Assembly: GCA_031362565.1 (NCBI GenBank)
Contig: JANLSU010000058.1
Coordinates: forward strand, 32,001-96,000
Direction of reading: 5' to 3'
From: a bacterium
Lineage (GTDB): Bacteria; Krumholzibacteriota; Krumholzibacteriia; G020349025
DNA length: 64,000 nt
Shown: positions 45,834 through 56,178 of the stretch, piece after piece
How positions within the stretch are numbered: the stretch's first letter is position 1
How the letters are laid out: each line of letters opens with the position of its first letter
Program-made: the position numbers and the translations under genes
Notes under the pieces: generated by a model
Databases searched by the model: none
Told to the model about the DNA's origin: nothing
What the model saw: only the letters and a program-made list of their open reading frames with translations

Positions 45834-46706
45834 TCACCGTTGCCGCCGCAAGAGGTCGACTTCCCGCCGGAGGGCGTCGAGTTCGCGATGCATCTGTTGC
45901 AGCTCGCGGCGTAGTCCGTCGACATCGTCGCTCGGCCGTGGCGTCGCACGGCCGCTCGGCCGAAACAGCGAACCGCGCGATTCAACCTCGAGGCGCAGCG
46001 ACGTACGCCGTTCGTGGCGCCAGACAACGACGTCCACCAAGCCGGAATCCGCCGCGGCGCGATTGGCGAGTTGTTGCCGCAACTCGCCCGTACTGTGGAC
46101 ATCACGGCCGTCGACGCCGAGCACCAAGTCACCCGCCTCGAGCCCGCCGCGGTCGCCGGCGCCACCCGGAAGGACCCGGGTGACGAGCGCGCAATCCGGC
46201 CGTGGGGCGTGAAAATAGGCCGCGAGGTCCGCATCGAGGTCGACGAGATCGGCGCCGAACTCGGGCCGGACCTGAAACCAGTCGTTCGGCGACCACGATC
46301 CCTGCAGGCGATCCACCAGCGCGTCCGGATCGAATCCGTCACGGCGTGCCGCGAGCGCGATGTCGACCGTCTGATTCGCGGCTCCCGCCCGCCTGAGCGT
46401 CAAGCGCAGGCGCTCACCCGGATGACGGTCCTGAACCCGGGACACGAAGGCGGCGCGATCCGCGACCGGCGCGCCATCCACGGCCACGATGACATCGCCG
46501 GCACGAATGCCGGCACCGGCGGCCGGACCTTGCGGCTCGACAACCGTGACTTCGACGCCCGTCTCGTTGGCAGAGGCCTCGCGGACTGAAATCCCCAGCC
46601 ACGCGCGCCGGGCCCGGTCGAGATTCGAGTCTTGCGCCGATGCGGCGGACACCAACAGCAGCATCGCAAGTCCAGCAAGACCGCCGCCGCTCAACCTGAT
46701 TCGCAT
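45834..46706 (-). CDS. Exported tandem-PDZ-domain protein with C-terminal coiled coil
   Basis: Signal peptide, AWLGISV, GPAAGAGIRAGDVIVAVDG, second PDZ GGLEAGDLVLGVDG, tail LRRELQQMHRELDALRREV; no protease domain. Confidence 0.85.
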   Translation of the reverse strand: MRIRLSGGGLAGLAMLLLVSAASAQDSNLDRARRAWLGISVREASANETGVEVTVVEPQGPAAGAGIRAGDVIVAVDGAPVADRAAFVSRVQDRHPGERLRLTLRRAGAANQTVDIALAARRDGFDPDALVDRLQGSWSPNDWFQVRPEFGADLVDLDADLAAYFHAPRPDCALVTRVLPGGAGDRGGLEAGDLVLGVDGRDVHSTGELRQQLANRAAADSGLVDVVVWRHERRTSLRLEVESRGSLFRPSGRATPRPSDDVDGLRRELQQMHRELDALRREVDLLRRQR

Positions 46707-46796
46707 GTCGTGGCGCCTTTCCGGCGATCCGCGCCGCTGAGTTTGCAGCACGATTGGGTGGGCTTGGCCGCAGCGCTCCGGAAGCGGCATCCTCGG

Positions 46797-46825
46797 TTGA
46801 CCGCCTCCTGGACCCAGGCTATCCT
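46797..46825 (+). promoter_or_regulatory. Putative sigma70 promoter TTGACC-N17-TATCCT
   Basis: Hexamers at 46797-46802 and 46820-46825 upstream of the HNH gene. Confidence 0.65.
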
Positions 46826-46871
46826 GACGGCGGCGTGACGCGCGGTGCGCGCGCCGTCCGAGGCCGGGACC

Positions 46872-47456
46872 ATGTTGAATCAAAGTGTCCTCGTCCTCAA
46901 CCGCAGCTGGCTAGCTGTGCACGTTTGCGACGTTCGCCGTGCGCTTGCGCTGCTCGTGCTAGGCCTCGCGCGGGTCGTGACCGACGAGTTCGAGACCCAT
47001 GACTTCGATTCGTGGGCCGAGCTTTCGCGCGGCGCCAAGGGCGAGTCACTGCGAACCCCGCGCTTCAAGCTGCTGGTCCCCGAGGTCATCGTCCTCACGC
47101 ATTACAACGCCATCCCGCCGCGTCGTGTCAAGTTTTCGCGCCGCAACATTTTCGAGCGCGACCGCTACACCTGTCAGTACTGCGGCCGCACCCCGCAGCG
47201 CGCCGAGTTGTCGATCGATCACGTCGTGCCGCGCAGCCGCGGCGGGCAGACGACGTGGAGCAACGTCATTCTGGCGTGCACCGCGTGCAACGCCAGAAAA
47301 CGCGACCGCCTGCCGTCCGAGGCCGGCATGTGGCCGCAGAGAACCCCGTCCGAACCGCCCTGGCGCCCCGGGGCCGGATTTCGCTTGGGAAATCATCGGC
47401 GCAGTTGGTTGCGGTTCGTCGAGGGACCGAGCCCGCGTTGGAGTGAAGCCTCTTGA
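46872..47456 (+). CDS. HNH endonuclease (McrA-like)
   Basis: VLVLN, FSRRNIFERDRYTCQYCG, IDHVVPRSRGG, WSNVILACTACNARK. Confidence 0.92.
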   Translation: MLNQSVLVLNRSWLAVHVCDVRRALALLVLGLARVVTDEFETHDFDSWAELSRGAKGESLRTPRFKLLVPEVIVLTHYNAIPPRRVKFSRRNIFERDRYTCQYCGRTPQRAELSIDHVVPRSRGGQTTWSNVILACTACNARKRDRLPSEAGMWPQRTPSEPPWRPGAGFRLGNHRRSWLRFVEGPSPRWSEAS

Positions 47457-48358
47457 CCGCCCCAGCCCCGGTTGTCGTCGTCGGCGGCGGCGCGCTCGGT
47501 TGCCTCCTTGCCGCCATCCTGTCGCGCGCGACTGCCACGACACTCGTCACCCGCGGCCGGACCGCTGAGGTGCTCCGGGACCGTGGTGCGGTCGAGTTGC
47601 AGGGGCTGCTCTCGGGCCGCTATCCGGTGCTGGCGAAGGCGGCGTTCGATCCGCCCCCAGGGGCCTGCATCGTGGTCGCCGTCAAGGCGTACGACCTCGA
47701 TTTGACGCTCGCACTGCTGGCGCCGCAGCTCGACCCGACGCACGAAGTGGTGCTCTTGCAGAACGGCCTGGGGATCGGTGCGTTCGCGATGCAGATCCTC
47801 GGCCGGCCGGTGACGCGCGGCATCACCTTCATCGCCGCCGAACGCTTGCAACCGGGCGTGGTGCGGTTCAATGCGGCGGGGAAGACCTATTTCCCAGCCG
47901 CGTCGGCGATCACGGGACTCTGGCATCGCGCCGGCCTGCCGGCGGAACCGGTCCATAATGTCGACGTCTACGAATGGCGCAAACTGGCGATCAATGCCGT
48001 GATCAATCCGCTTTCGGCACTGCTCGGAGTCGAGAACGGGGCGCTCGCAGGCCTCGTCGACACGGCGCGCGGGCTCGTCGAAGAACTGGTCAGCGTGGCG
48101 CGTTCCGATGGCGTCGAGCTCGATGCCGACGAGACGCTCGAAAAGGTCCTCGCCAGCATCCATCAGACCGGGCGCAATCATTCCTCGATGTTGCAGGATG
48201 TGCGGGCCGGACGGCGCACCGAGATCGATTGGATCAACGGTGCCATCGTGGCGCGCGGCATGGCGCACGGTGTGGCGACGCCGCGGCATCGTTTGCTCGC
48301 CGACTTGGTGCGCTTCGTGGCCCGTGATCCGCGTCCCGCAGTACAGGAGGCGCGGTGA
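47453..48358 (+). CDS. panE: 2-dehydropantoate 2-reductase
   Basis: VGGGALG, VAVKAYD, LLQNGLG, WRKLAINAVINPLSAL, SSMLQD, TEIDWINGAIV. Confidence 0.92.
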   Translation: MTAPAPVVVVGGGALGCLLAAILSRATATTLVTRGRTAEVLRDRGAVELQGLLSGRYPVLAKAAFDPPPGACIVVAVKAYDLDLTLALLAPQLDPTHEVVLLQNGLGIGAFAMQILGRPVTRGITFIAAERLQPGVVRFNAAGKTYFPAASAITGLWHRAGLPAEPVHNVDVYEWRKLAINAVINPLSALLGVENGALAGLVDTARGLVEELVSVARSDGVELDADETLEKVLASIHQTGRNHSSMLQDVRAGRRTEIDWINGAIVARGMAHGVATPRHRLLADLVRFVARDPRPAVQEAR

Positions 48359-51300
48359 AACGCGCCGCGGCACTGCCGGCCTTTGGCGTTCTCCTGGCGC
48401 CGGCGCTCGTAACGGCCTTTGTGGCGCGCGCGCCGGCGATCGACGCACGGCCGTGGCCGGCGCCGCCGGCCGAGATCGCCGCGCCCGCGGCGCTGGCGGC
48501 GGAATTCGAGCTGGCGCTGCCCGGCCGTTGGGAGTTGCGGCTCTGCTCCGCCACCGGAAGCCTGGCAGCCGGGGTACGCGGCGTCGCGGCCGCCGGTCCG
48601 CCTGTGACTCGCGACGCGGTGATCGCTGCCGCCGACGGCTTCCGCAACTCGATGGCCCCCAGTCTTGGAGCGGCGGGCGCCGAATGCGCCCGGCAACGGG
48701 TTGAATTCATCGGTGGTGCCTGGCACGTCACCTGGCAGCAACGGTCGGGACTGCGGCCTGTGCTTGGGGCGTGGCTCGATGTCGTTGTCCGGCAAGATGG
48801 TGCGGTGGTTGCCTTCACGTCGAGCCTGAGGCCCGGCGTGCGGGTCGATGCAGGCCTCCAGACGGTCGATGCGGCATGCGCCGCGGTCGCGGCCTGGATG
48901 GGCCACCGGCTGCGTTGCGTCGCGAGTCAGGCGGTCGTGTGGCCGGGTGAAAACGCCGGCCTGGCGCGCGCCGCATGGCGGCTCGAGTTGATGGGCGCGC
49001 CGGACGAGCGCTGGCGAGCCGTCGTCGATGCCGCGAACGGTAACGTCCTGGCCTGTGAGACGGGGGTTCGGACCGCAGTCGCCGGGGTGTGCAGCGCCGA
49101 CATCGCGCCGTTCTATGCGCAGGACACGCCGGTCGAGCGCCCGCTGCCATGGCTGCGGGTTCATCTCGCCGATGACACGGCAACGCGCTCGGTGTGGTGC
49201 GATGCGGCAGGTGCGTTCCGGTTCGACCTCACGCCCGTCGCCGGCAGTGTTGTGCACGCCGGGCTGGAGAGTCCGTATTTGCGGGTCGGCAATGCGGCCG
49301 ATGCGCCGCTCTGTGCCGCCACCACCCCGGCGGCAGCGCTGGTGAACTTGCATTTTGGTGCGGCATCGGGCCGGCTCGATGAGCGGACGATCTATGTGCA
49401 CGCGCACCGAATTCACGACTACGCGCGCGACCGTTTCGATTTTCGTGGTCTCGATGCACCGATGCCGGCGGTGGCCGGCGAGCCCGGGCTTGCGAACGCT
49501 TTTTGGGATGGAGAGGGAATTCACTTCGGCGACGGTGGCGGGAGCTTCTACAACCTCGGTTTGTTTGCCGATGTGATCTATCACGAGTATACGCACGGCA
49601 TCACCGACGTCATGTACCGGCCGTTCGGCGGGCTCGACGGCAGCCAAGGCGGTGCCATCCACGAAGGCTTGTCGGATTACTTCGCCTGTACGTTGACCGA
49701 CGAACCCCTGGTGGGTGAAAACCTTTTCCGGAATGCGCCGGGCTCGGTGCTACGCAATCTCGACAACGCCTTGGTGTGGCCGGCCGATGCACGCGGCGAA
49801 GTGCATGCGGATGGCGAGATCTTCGCCGGGGCGCTCTGGAATTTGCGCCAGAGCGTCGGCAACGCGGTCAGTGATCCGCTCGTGCACTTCGCGCGAACTT
49901 TTGGGCCGCGCACGTTCGACGCCTACGCCAACGCGGTGTTGCTCGAGGACGACCTCCTGTTCGGCGATGGGCAAGCGGGCAACGGCTCACCGCACCGCAG
50001 CGCGATCCTGGCGGCATTCGCCCGCCATGGTATCGGACCCGGAACGAGCGCGGCGCGCCAACTCGTGCACGCGCCGCTGCCGGACACCGAGGCGATCGGC
50101 GCCGGGCGCATCGTACGGGCGGGATTCGAAGGGCATCTGTCGTCGCTCGCCGATTCACTGGTGCTCGCGTACTCGACGGGCGGCGCCTACACGTTCACCG
50201 GCATGCGCCACGAACCCGACGGCGATTTCAGCGGCGAAATCCCGGGCCCCGTCCTCGCGGCCGGCACCACCGTCCGGTATTACGTGCGGACGACGCCGCG
50301 CCGTGGCACTCCGGCGGCGACACTGCCGCCCGGGGCGCCGAGTTCGACCTACAGTTTCCACGTTGGCGTCGATGTCACGCCGCCGTCCATCGTGTCCGAC
50401 ACGGCGGCCGAGTTGCCCGTCTTCGCTTGGCCGGCGACGTTGCAGGCGCGCATTCGCGACAACCTTGGCATTGCATCCGCCTACGTCGAGGTTTGGCAGG
50501 ACGGCGTTGCCAGTGCGATGCTCGGCATGGTGCGGGACCGGGTCGATCCCGAACGTTTCACGACCCAATTCTCCAACACCGGCACCGTCGGGGCGCGGAT
50601 TCGCTATCGAATCGTCGCGACCGACGCGGCACATGCCGCCAATACTGCCTGTGCACCGGCGTGTGATTCGACTTTCGAAACCGTGCTCGTGGCGCGCTGG
50701 CAAGAGCGATTCGAAACCAGCGACGGCGGCTTCGAGCATGCGAGTGTACGGCCGGGATATGCCGACGCCTGGCGCCGGTCGACGGATGCGCCGGCCACGA
50801 GCGTTGCCTGGCACTGTGGCGGGCCGGCGGCGGAATATGCCCCGGGCCTGGCCGCAGGTCTCGTGACCCCGGATGCCAGCCTGGGTACGGGTGCCGTGGC
50901 CCGCGTGCGCTCATGGATCGACGCGGAACCCAATGGTGCGCATGAGGCATTCGACGGCGCGGTCGTGGAGATTGAAATCGATGCCGACGCCGTGTGGCGG
51001 CCGCTGACGCCGATCGGCGGCTATTCGCACATCATGGCGGCAACCGGCGGCACCAACGTGCTCGAGCCGGGCCGGCCATGTCTCGGCGGCCGGGAGCGCG
51101 TGTGGCGCGACCTCGAATTCGATCTCGGTGCGTGGGCCGGGCACCGCGTGCGTCTGCGGTTCTTGTTCGCCAGTGATGGGACGGCATCGCCGTTCGGTTA
51201 TCGCGGCTGGGTCCTGGACGACTTCGACCTCGATCCCGGCAGCGTCGATCCCACCGATGTGCCCGACGCCGCCCCTGCCGCACGCCTGCTCGCCGGCGCG

Positions 51301-51558
51301 CCACGGCCCTGTCCGGCGCGCGGCCGGGTCGAATTCCAACTGGCCGCCGGGCCCCAGGAACCACTGCGGATCGCGGTCTATGACGCACGCGGCCGCCGGG
51401 TCCGGACGCTCTGGGACGGGCCGACGTTGCAGGCGTTGCAAGTCGTTGCATGGGAGGGAAACGACGCGGGCGGCCTGGCGCTCCCCGCGGGCGTCTATTA
51501 CTATCGCCTCGACTCGCGCCGGGGCCGCGAGCACGGCCGCATCGTGCTCGTGCGTTGA
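48355..51558 (+). CDS. Secreted M36/M4-type zinc metallopeptidase with C-terminal FlgD-Ig-like domain
   Basis: Signal and propeptide, NAFWDG, VIYHEYTHG (HExxH), HEGLSDYF, GEVHADG, beta-sandwich modules, C-terminal VYDARGRRVRTL...WEG....G..LPAGVYYYRL. Confidence 0.88.
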   Translation: MKRAAALPAFGVLLAPALVTAFVARAPAIDARPWPAPPAEIAAPAALAAEFELALPGRWELRLCSATGSLAAGVRGVAAAGPPVTRDAVIAAADGFRNSMAPSLGAAGAECARQRVEFIGGAWHVTWQQRSGLRPVLGAWLDVVVRQDGAVVAFTSSLRPGVRVDAGLQTVDAACAAVAAWMGHRLRCVASQAVVWPGENAGLARAAWRLELMGAPDERWRAVVDAANGNVLACETGVRTAVAGVCSADIAPFYAQDTPVERPLPWLRVHLADDTATRSVWCDAAGAFRFDLTPVAGSVVHAGLESPYLRVGNAADAPLCAATTPAAALVNLHFGAASGRLDERTIYVHAHRIHDYARDRFDFRGLDAPMPAVAGEPGLANAFWDGEGIHFGDGGGSFYNLGLFADVIYHEYTHGITDVMYRPFGGLDGSQGGAIHEGLSDYFACTLTDEPLVGENLFRNAPGSVLRNLDNALVWPADARGEVHADGEIFAGALWNLRQSVGNAVSDPLVHFARTFGPRTFDAYANAVLLEDDLLFGDGQAGNGSPHRSAILAAFARHGIGPGTSAARQLVHAPLPDTEAIGAGRIVRAGFEGHLSSLADSLVLAYSTGGAYTFTGMRHEPDGDFSGEIPGPVLAAGTTVRYYVRTTPRRGTPAATLPPGAPSSTYSFHVGVDVTPPSIVSDTAAELPVFAWPATLQARIRDNLGIASAYVEVWQDGVASAMLGMVRDRVDPERFTTQFSNTGTVGARIRYRIVATDAAHAANTACAPACDSTFETVLVARWQERFETSDGGFEHASVRPGYADAWRRSTDAPATSVAWHCGGPAAEYAPGLAAGLVTPDASLGTGAVARVRSWIDAEPNGAHEAFDGAVVEIEIDADAVWRPLTPIGGYSHIMAATGGTNVLEPGRPCLGGRERVWRDLEFDLGAWAGHRVRLRFLFASDGTASPFGYRGWVLDDFDLDPGSVDPTDVPDAAPAARLLAGAPRPCPARGRVEFQLAAGPQEPLRIAVYDARGRRVRTLWDGPTLQALQVVAWEGNDAGGLALPAGVYYYRLDSRRGREHGRIVLVR

Positions 51559-51620
51559 TTGCGGCACGCGCTTGACCCCGGCAGCGCGCACCCGGATTCC
51601 GCTTCGGAAGGGGTTCTCCG

Positions 51621-52289
51621 TTGCGCTCGCTCTTGCGCCTTGCAGTCCTCGTGGTGCCGCTCGTCGCGGTGGCCTGCGTGCGGCAGTTTTCGACCGACAT
51701 CCCGGTGAACTTCCAGACCGTGCTGGAACAGAAGTACGTCGGCCGCCAGTGTTGGACCCGGGCGACGCTCCAGGACGAAAAGAAGAACATCAAGATCGAG
51801 CAGGATCAGGAAGTTCGTATCGCCGGCTTGGGCATGCAGCGCACCGGTTCAGTCACCATCGCGTCGGCGGCCGGGCGCAAACGCGTCGTCTTTCCGTTTC
51901 ACTTGCCGCGCCCGCTGACTCTCGAAGCCTACGAGAAGGCGCTGCTCGACTATCTGTGGCTCGACTCTCCGCAAGCCCGTTTCGATGCCAACAAACAGAA
52001 ATATGGGACGCGCCTCGCCGAGGCGATCCGCGACCACAAGGTCCTGAAGGACATGCCGCAGTACGCCGCCTACCTGAGCTGGGGCGCGGCGTCGAATGTG
52101 GAGCGGCCCGAGGGTACGACGGTCGAGCGTTGGAAATACGACACCGCGAATTTGCAGGGGGCGCGCGTCGACCTCCAGTCCGGCAAAGTCGTAAAATTCG
52201 AGGGCGATAACATTCAGGACACCGAGGCCGCCAAGAAGCGGAAAGCGGTGCGGCGCGGCGCGAGCCCGGCCGCGGCCGAGAAGAAGTGA
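51621..52289 (+). CDS. Hypothetical lipoprotein (C-terminal SmpA/BamE-like pattern)
   Basis: Lipobox VAVAC; C-terminal MPQYAAYLSWG...ERWKYD...LQSGKVVKF; strong coding bias. Confidence 0.75.
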   Translation: MRSLLRLAVLVVPLVAVACVRQFSTDIPVNFQTVLEQKYVGRQCWTRATLQDEKKNIKIEQDQEVRIAGLGMQRTGSVTIASAAGRKRVVFPFHLPRPLTLEAYEKALLDYLWLDSPQARFDANKQKYGTRLAEAIRDHKVLKDMPQYAAYLSWGAASNVERPEGTTVERWKYDTANLQGARVDLQSGKVVKFEGDNIQDTEAAKKRKAVRRGASPAAAEKK

Positions 52290-53371
52290 TGACCGCCGCC
52301 ATCCCCGAGGACCTGATTCAGGCCCTGCCCAAGACCGACTTGCACCTGCATCTCGACGGTTCGTTGCGCCTCGAAACGATCTTGGATTTGGCGCGCGAGC
52401 AGGGCATCCGGCTCCCGGCGGAGGACCCGGTGGCGCTCGCAAAGCTCGTTCGGATGGGTGACGGCGAACGGAGCCTCGAGCGTTACTTGAAGGCGTTCGA
52501 TGTGACTCTCGCCGTCCTGCAAGAAGCGGATGCACTCGAACGCACTGCCTACGAGTTGGCCGTCGATTGCGCGGCCGAAAACGTCCGCTATATCGAAGTC
52601 CGCTTTTCGCCGATTCTGCACACTCGCCACGGCCTGTCGCTCCGCGAGTCCGTCGATGCCGTCCGCACCGGCTTGCAACGCGCCGAGACCGAGCGCGGCA
52701 TCAAGACCGGCATCATCCTGTGCGGCATTCGCCATATCAGCCCGGAAAGTTCGCTCGTGCTGGCCCAACTGGCGCTCGAATGCAAGGGGCAGGGGGTCGT
52801 GGGATTCGACCTCGCGGGCGCCGAGGAACACTTTCCGGCCAAGAAGCATCGCGAAGCCTTCTTTCTGATTCTCAACAACAACATCAATTGCACGGTGCAC
52901 GCCGGCGAGGCCTTCGGACCGGCCTCGATCGCCCAGGCCGTCCATTATTGCGGTGCGCATCGGATCGGCCACGGAGTGCGGCTGCGTGAGGACCCCGACC
53001 TCATGGAGTACATGAACGACCACCGCATCCCGCTCGAGATGTGTTTGTCGAGCAACGTGCAAACGGGTGCGGTGCCGCGCCTGGAGGAGCACCCGGTGAA
53101 GTTCTACCTCGAGAAAGGTCTGCGCGTCACGCTCAACACCGACAACCGACTCATGAGCAACACCAACCTCTGCAAGGAATACGCGCTCGGAATGCAGGCG
53201 TGTGGTCTGACGGTGCATGATCTCGAGGAGATCATCATTTTTGGTTTCAAGAGTGCGTTCCTGCCGCTGCGCGAAAAAGCCGACCTGCTGCGCCGGGTGT
53301 TCAAGGAAATGCGCACCCTGACCGCGCCGTATCACGACCACGACGATACGAGCCACGAAGCCAACATCTAG
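52289..53371 (+). CDS. add: Adenosine/adenine deaminase
   Basis: LPKTDLHLHLDGSLR, YIEVRFSP, VVGFDLAG.E, TVHAGE, RIGHG, EMCLSSN, NTDN. Confidence 0.94.
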   Translation: MTAAIPEDLIQALPKTDLHLHLDGSLRLETILDLAREQGIRLPAEDPVALAKLVRMGDGERSLERYLKAFDVTLAVLQEADALERTAYELAVDCAAENVRYIEVRFSPILHTRHGLSLRESVDAVRTGLQRAETERGIKTGIILCGIRHISPESSLVLAQLALECKGQGVVGFDLAGAEEHFPAKKHREAFFLILNNNINCTVHAGEAFGPASIAQAVHYCGAHRIGHGVRLREDPDLMEYMNDHRIPLEMCLSSNVQTGAVPRLEEHPVKFYLEKGLRVTLNTDNRLMSNTNLCKEYALGMQACGLTVHDLEEIIIFGFKSAFLPLREKADLLRRVFKEMRTLTAPYHDHDDTSHEANI

Positions 53372-53715
53372 AGTCCCGCCGCGATCGCCGCTTGGCGTCG
53401 AATGTCACGACCTTCCCCCTTCCGGTCGCCCGGCCGAACCGGTCGCTGTGGCGCCGGAGCGGCCGAATCTCGTGCGGCACATTCCCGCGGCTGGCCGGCA
53501 ACTCGTTGCGAGCGACGTGGCAAGCAATGGACGGCCACGGTCGGGCGCACCTTCCTGACGGGCTTGCGGGCCGTCTCGGCTTCCCCGCGGCGCTCGGGCG
53601 CGCTTCCTGCAGCCGCGCTGCCGTGCGCGAGTGAAACCTGGTGGAGCGGCCAGGTTCTGACCGCGCCGCGTTCGAACGGATCCGAACGGTGCACACGAGC
53701 CGCGAGGGGCGTTTC

Positions 53716-56166
53716 ATGCTTCCCGACGACCTGGACTTGCAGCGCAACGACATCCGGCCCGAAGACCTGCCGCACGAGCTCGCGGTTCTGCCCGTGAGCG
53801 ATGCCGTCATTTATCCCCACATGATGGTGCCGCTCGTGATTTCGGACCCCAAGCTCGTGCGGTTGGCCGAAGACGTCCTCGCCGGCGACAAGACCTTTGG
53901 AGCATTTACGCAGCGCCCGCTCGGCGACGACACCGAGGATGAACTCGACGGCGTGTACCGGGTCGGAACGGCGGTTGTCGTGCACAAGCACCTGCGTTTT
54001 CCGGACGGTTCGATGCGGCTCCTCGGCAAAGGTGTGTGCCGGATCGAGATCGACCAAGTCACCGGCCGTGACCCGTATCTGCGGGCCCGCATTCGCTCGC
54101 GCCCGGACCGCCCGGCCGCCGAGCGCCGCGTGCAGGCCTTGGCGCGCAATGTCCGCAGTGCGTTCGTCAAAATCGTCGAACACTCCGACGGTTTGCCGGA
54201 CGAATTGAAGGACGTCGCCGTGTCTTGTGAGGACAACGGCAAGCTGGCGGACTTGGTGTGCGCCAACGTCGATTTCCGGCTGCAGGACAAACAGGCGCTG
54301 CTCGAATCGTTCGACGTGCACTCGCGTTTGCAGAAGCTCGTCAAGCTCCTGGGCCACGAGCTGCAAGTCGTCCGCCTGGGTGAGAAACTGCAAGGCGAGA
54401 TTCGCGAAGAGATGGATCGCGAGCAGCGCGAATACTACTTGCGCCAGCAAATGAAGGCGATTCGCAAGGAACTGGGTGACGGCGACGATCGCAACAACGA
54501 CATCGACGACCTGCGCGAACGCATCGAGGGTGGTCCCTTGAACGAACTGGCGCGCGAGACAGCTCTGAAAGAGTTGGAACGCTTGGCGCGCATGTCGCCG
54601 GCCTCGGCCGAGTACACGGTCTCCAAGAACTACATCGACTGGATTTTGGACCTGCCGTGGACCACCGCCACCAAGGATCATCACAATCTGCGACGGGCAG
54701 CGCAGATCCTCGACGAAGATCACTACGACTTGCAGCCCGTCAAGCAGCGCATCCTGGAGTTCTTGGCGGTCAAGAAGCTGAACAATGAAATGCAGGGGCC
54801 CATCCTGTGCCTCGCGGGCCCACCCGGCGTCGGCAAGACCTCGCTCGGTCGCAGTGTCGCCCGCAGCTTGGGGCGGAAGTTCGTCCGCATCTCGCTCGGC
54901 GGCATGCGCGACGAAGCCGAAATCCGCGGCCACCGGCGCACCTACGTCGGCGCGTTGCCCGGCCGCATCATCCAGGGCCTGAAGACCGCCGGCTCCAACA
55001 ATCCGGTGTTCATGCTGGACGAAATCGACAAGCTCGGGACGGACTTCCGGGGCGATCCGGCATCGGCGCTCCTCGAAGTCCTCGATCCAGCGCAGAACGA
55101 TACGTTCTCGGATCACTTCCTGAGCGTGCCCTTCGATCTCTCGAAGGTGCTGTTCATCGCCACCTGCAACGTTCTCGAGTCGATCCCGTATGTACTCCGC
55201 GACCGGCTCGAGATCATCGACATCGCCGGTTATACGAGCCGCGAGAAGCTCGAGATCGCGCGCCGCTACTTGGTGAAGCGCCAAATGGTGGCGCATGGCA
55301 TCACGCCGTCGAACCTCGTGTTCAGCGATGCCGGTCTCTTGCAAGTGATCGGCGGCTACACGCACGAGGCCGGGGTGCGCGAGTTGGAGCGTTCCATCGG
55401 CGCTGTCTGCCGGCGCGTCGCCAAGGGTGTGGCGGAAGGCAAGCGCGGGCGCCGGCGGCTCAACAAGGACAACGTTTCGACGTATCTTGGGAAGCCGGAT
55501 TTCGTGGCGCAAGAAGCGCTGACCCGCAACGAAATCGGCGTCGCGACCGGCATGGCCTGGACCCAAGCCGGCGGCGAGATTCTGTTCATCGAAGCGGTGA
55601 AGATGCCGGGGCGCGGCGCACTGAAACTCACCGGCTCGCTCGGGCTCATCATGCGGGAATCCGCCGAAGCGGCGCTTTCCTACCTGCGCGCCCGTGGACC
55701 GCAAGAGGGGCTGGCGCCGGACTTCTTCGATGTGCATGACTTCCATGTGCACGTGCCGGCCGGGGCGACGCCCAAGGACGGCCCTTCGGCGGGCATCGCG
55801 ATCGCGACCGCACTGGCGTCGCTGGTGCATGGCGCGCCGGTCCGCAGCGAAATGGCCATGACTGGGGAAGTCACCTTGACGGGTAAGGTGCTGCCGGTAG
55901 GCGGGGTGCGCCAGAAAATCATGGGCGCCTTCCGGGCCGGGATCCGCGAGGTTCTCTTGCCGCAGAAAAACATGAAGGATTTGGACGAGGTCCCGCCGGA
56001 GGTCCTGGCGCGGATGCGGTTTCGCGCCGTCGAAACGGTGGATGACGTGCTGGAACGGGCGCTCAAGCGCAAGGAGCCCGTATTGACGGGCGCCGGCCCC
56101 GGGGCGCGATTGCAGCGGGCGCGCAGCCGGCGCGCCGCTGAGCGCCGGATCGCGGCCCGGTCTTGA
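53716..56166 (+). CDS. lon: Lon protease (endopeptidase La)
   Basis: [59 protein letters not shown]. Confidence 0.97.
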   Translation: MLPDDLDLQRNDIRPEDLPHELAVLPVSDAVIYPHMMVPLVISDPKLVRLAEDVLAGDKTFGAFTQRPLGDDTEDELDGVYRVGTAVVVHKHLRFPDGSMRLLGKGVCRIEIDQVTGRDPYLRARIRSRPDRPAAERRVQALARNVRSAFVKIVEHSDGLPDELKDVAVSCEDNGKLADLVCANVDFRLQDKQALLESFDVHSRLQKLVKLLGHELQVVRLGEKLQGEIREEMDREQREYYLRQQMKAIRKELGDGDDRNNDIDDLRERIEGGPLNELARETALKELERLARMSPASAEYTVSKNYIDWILDLPWTTATKDHHNLRRAAQILDEDHYDLQPVKQRILEFLAVKKLNNEMQGPILCLAGPPGVGKTSLGRSVARSLGRKFVRISLGGMRDEAEIRGHRRTYVGALPGRIIQGLKTAGSNNPVFMLDEIDKLGTDFRGDPASALLEVLDPAQNDTFSDHFLSVPFDLSKVLFIATCNVLESIPYVLRDRLEIIDIAGYTSREKLEIARRYLVKRQMVAHGITPSNLVFSDAGLLQVIGGYTHEAGVRELERSIGAVCRRVAKGVAEGKRGRRRLNKDNVSTYLGKPDFVAQEALTRNEIGVATGMAWTQAGGEILFIEAVKMPGRGALKLTGSLGLIMRESAEAALSYLRARGPQEGLAPDFFDVHDFHVHVPAGATPKDGPSAGIAIATALASLVHGAPVRSEMAMTGEVTLTGKVLPVGGVRQKIMGAFRAGIREVLLPQKNMKDLDEVPPEVLARMRFRAVETVDDVLERALKRKEPVLTGAGPGARLQRARSRRAAERRIAARS

Positions 56167-56178
56167 GGGGAGACCTCC

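Noticed and set aside
53392..53797. Short ORFs in the add-lon gap
   Set aside because: No RBS, poor codon bias, no motifs
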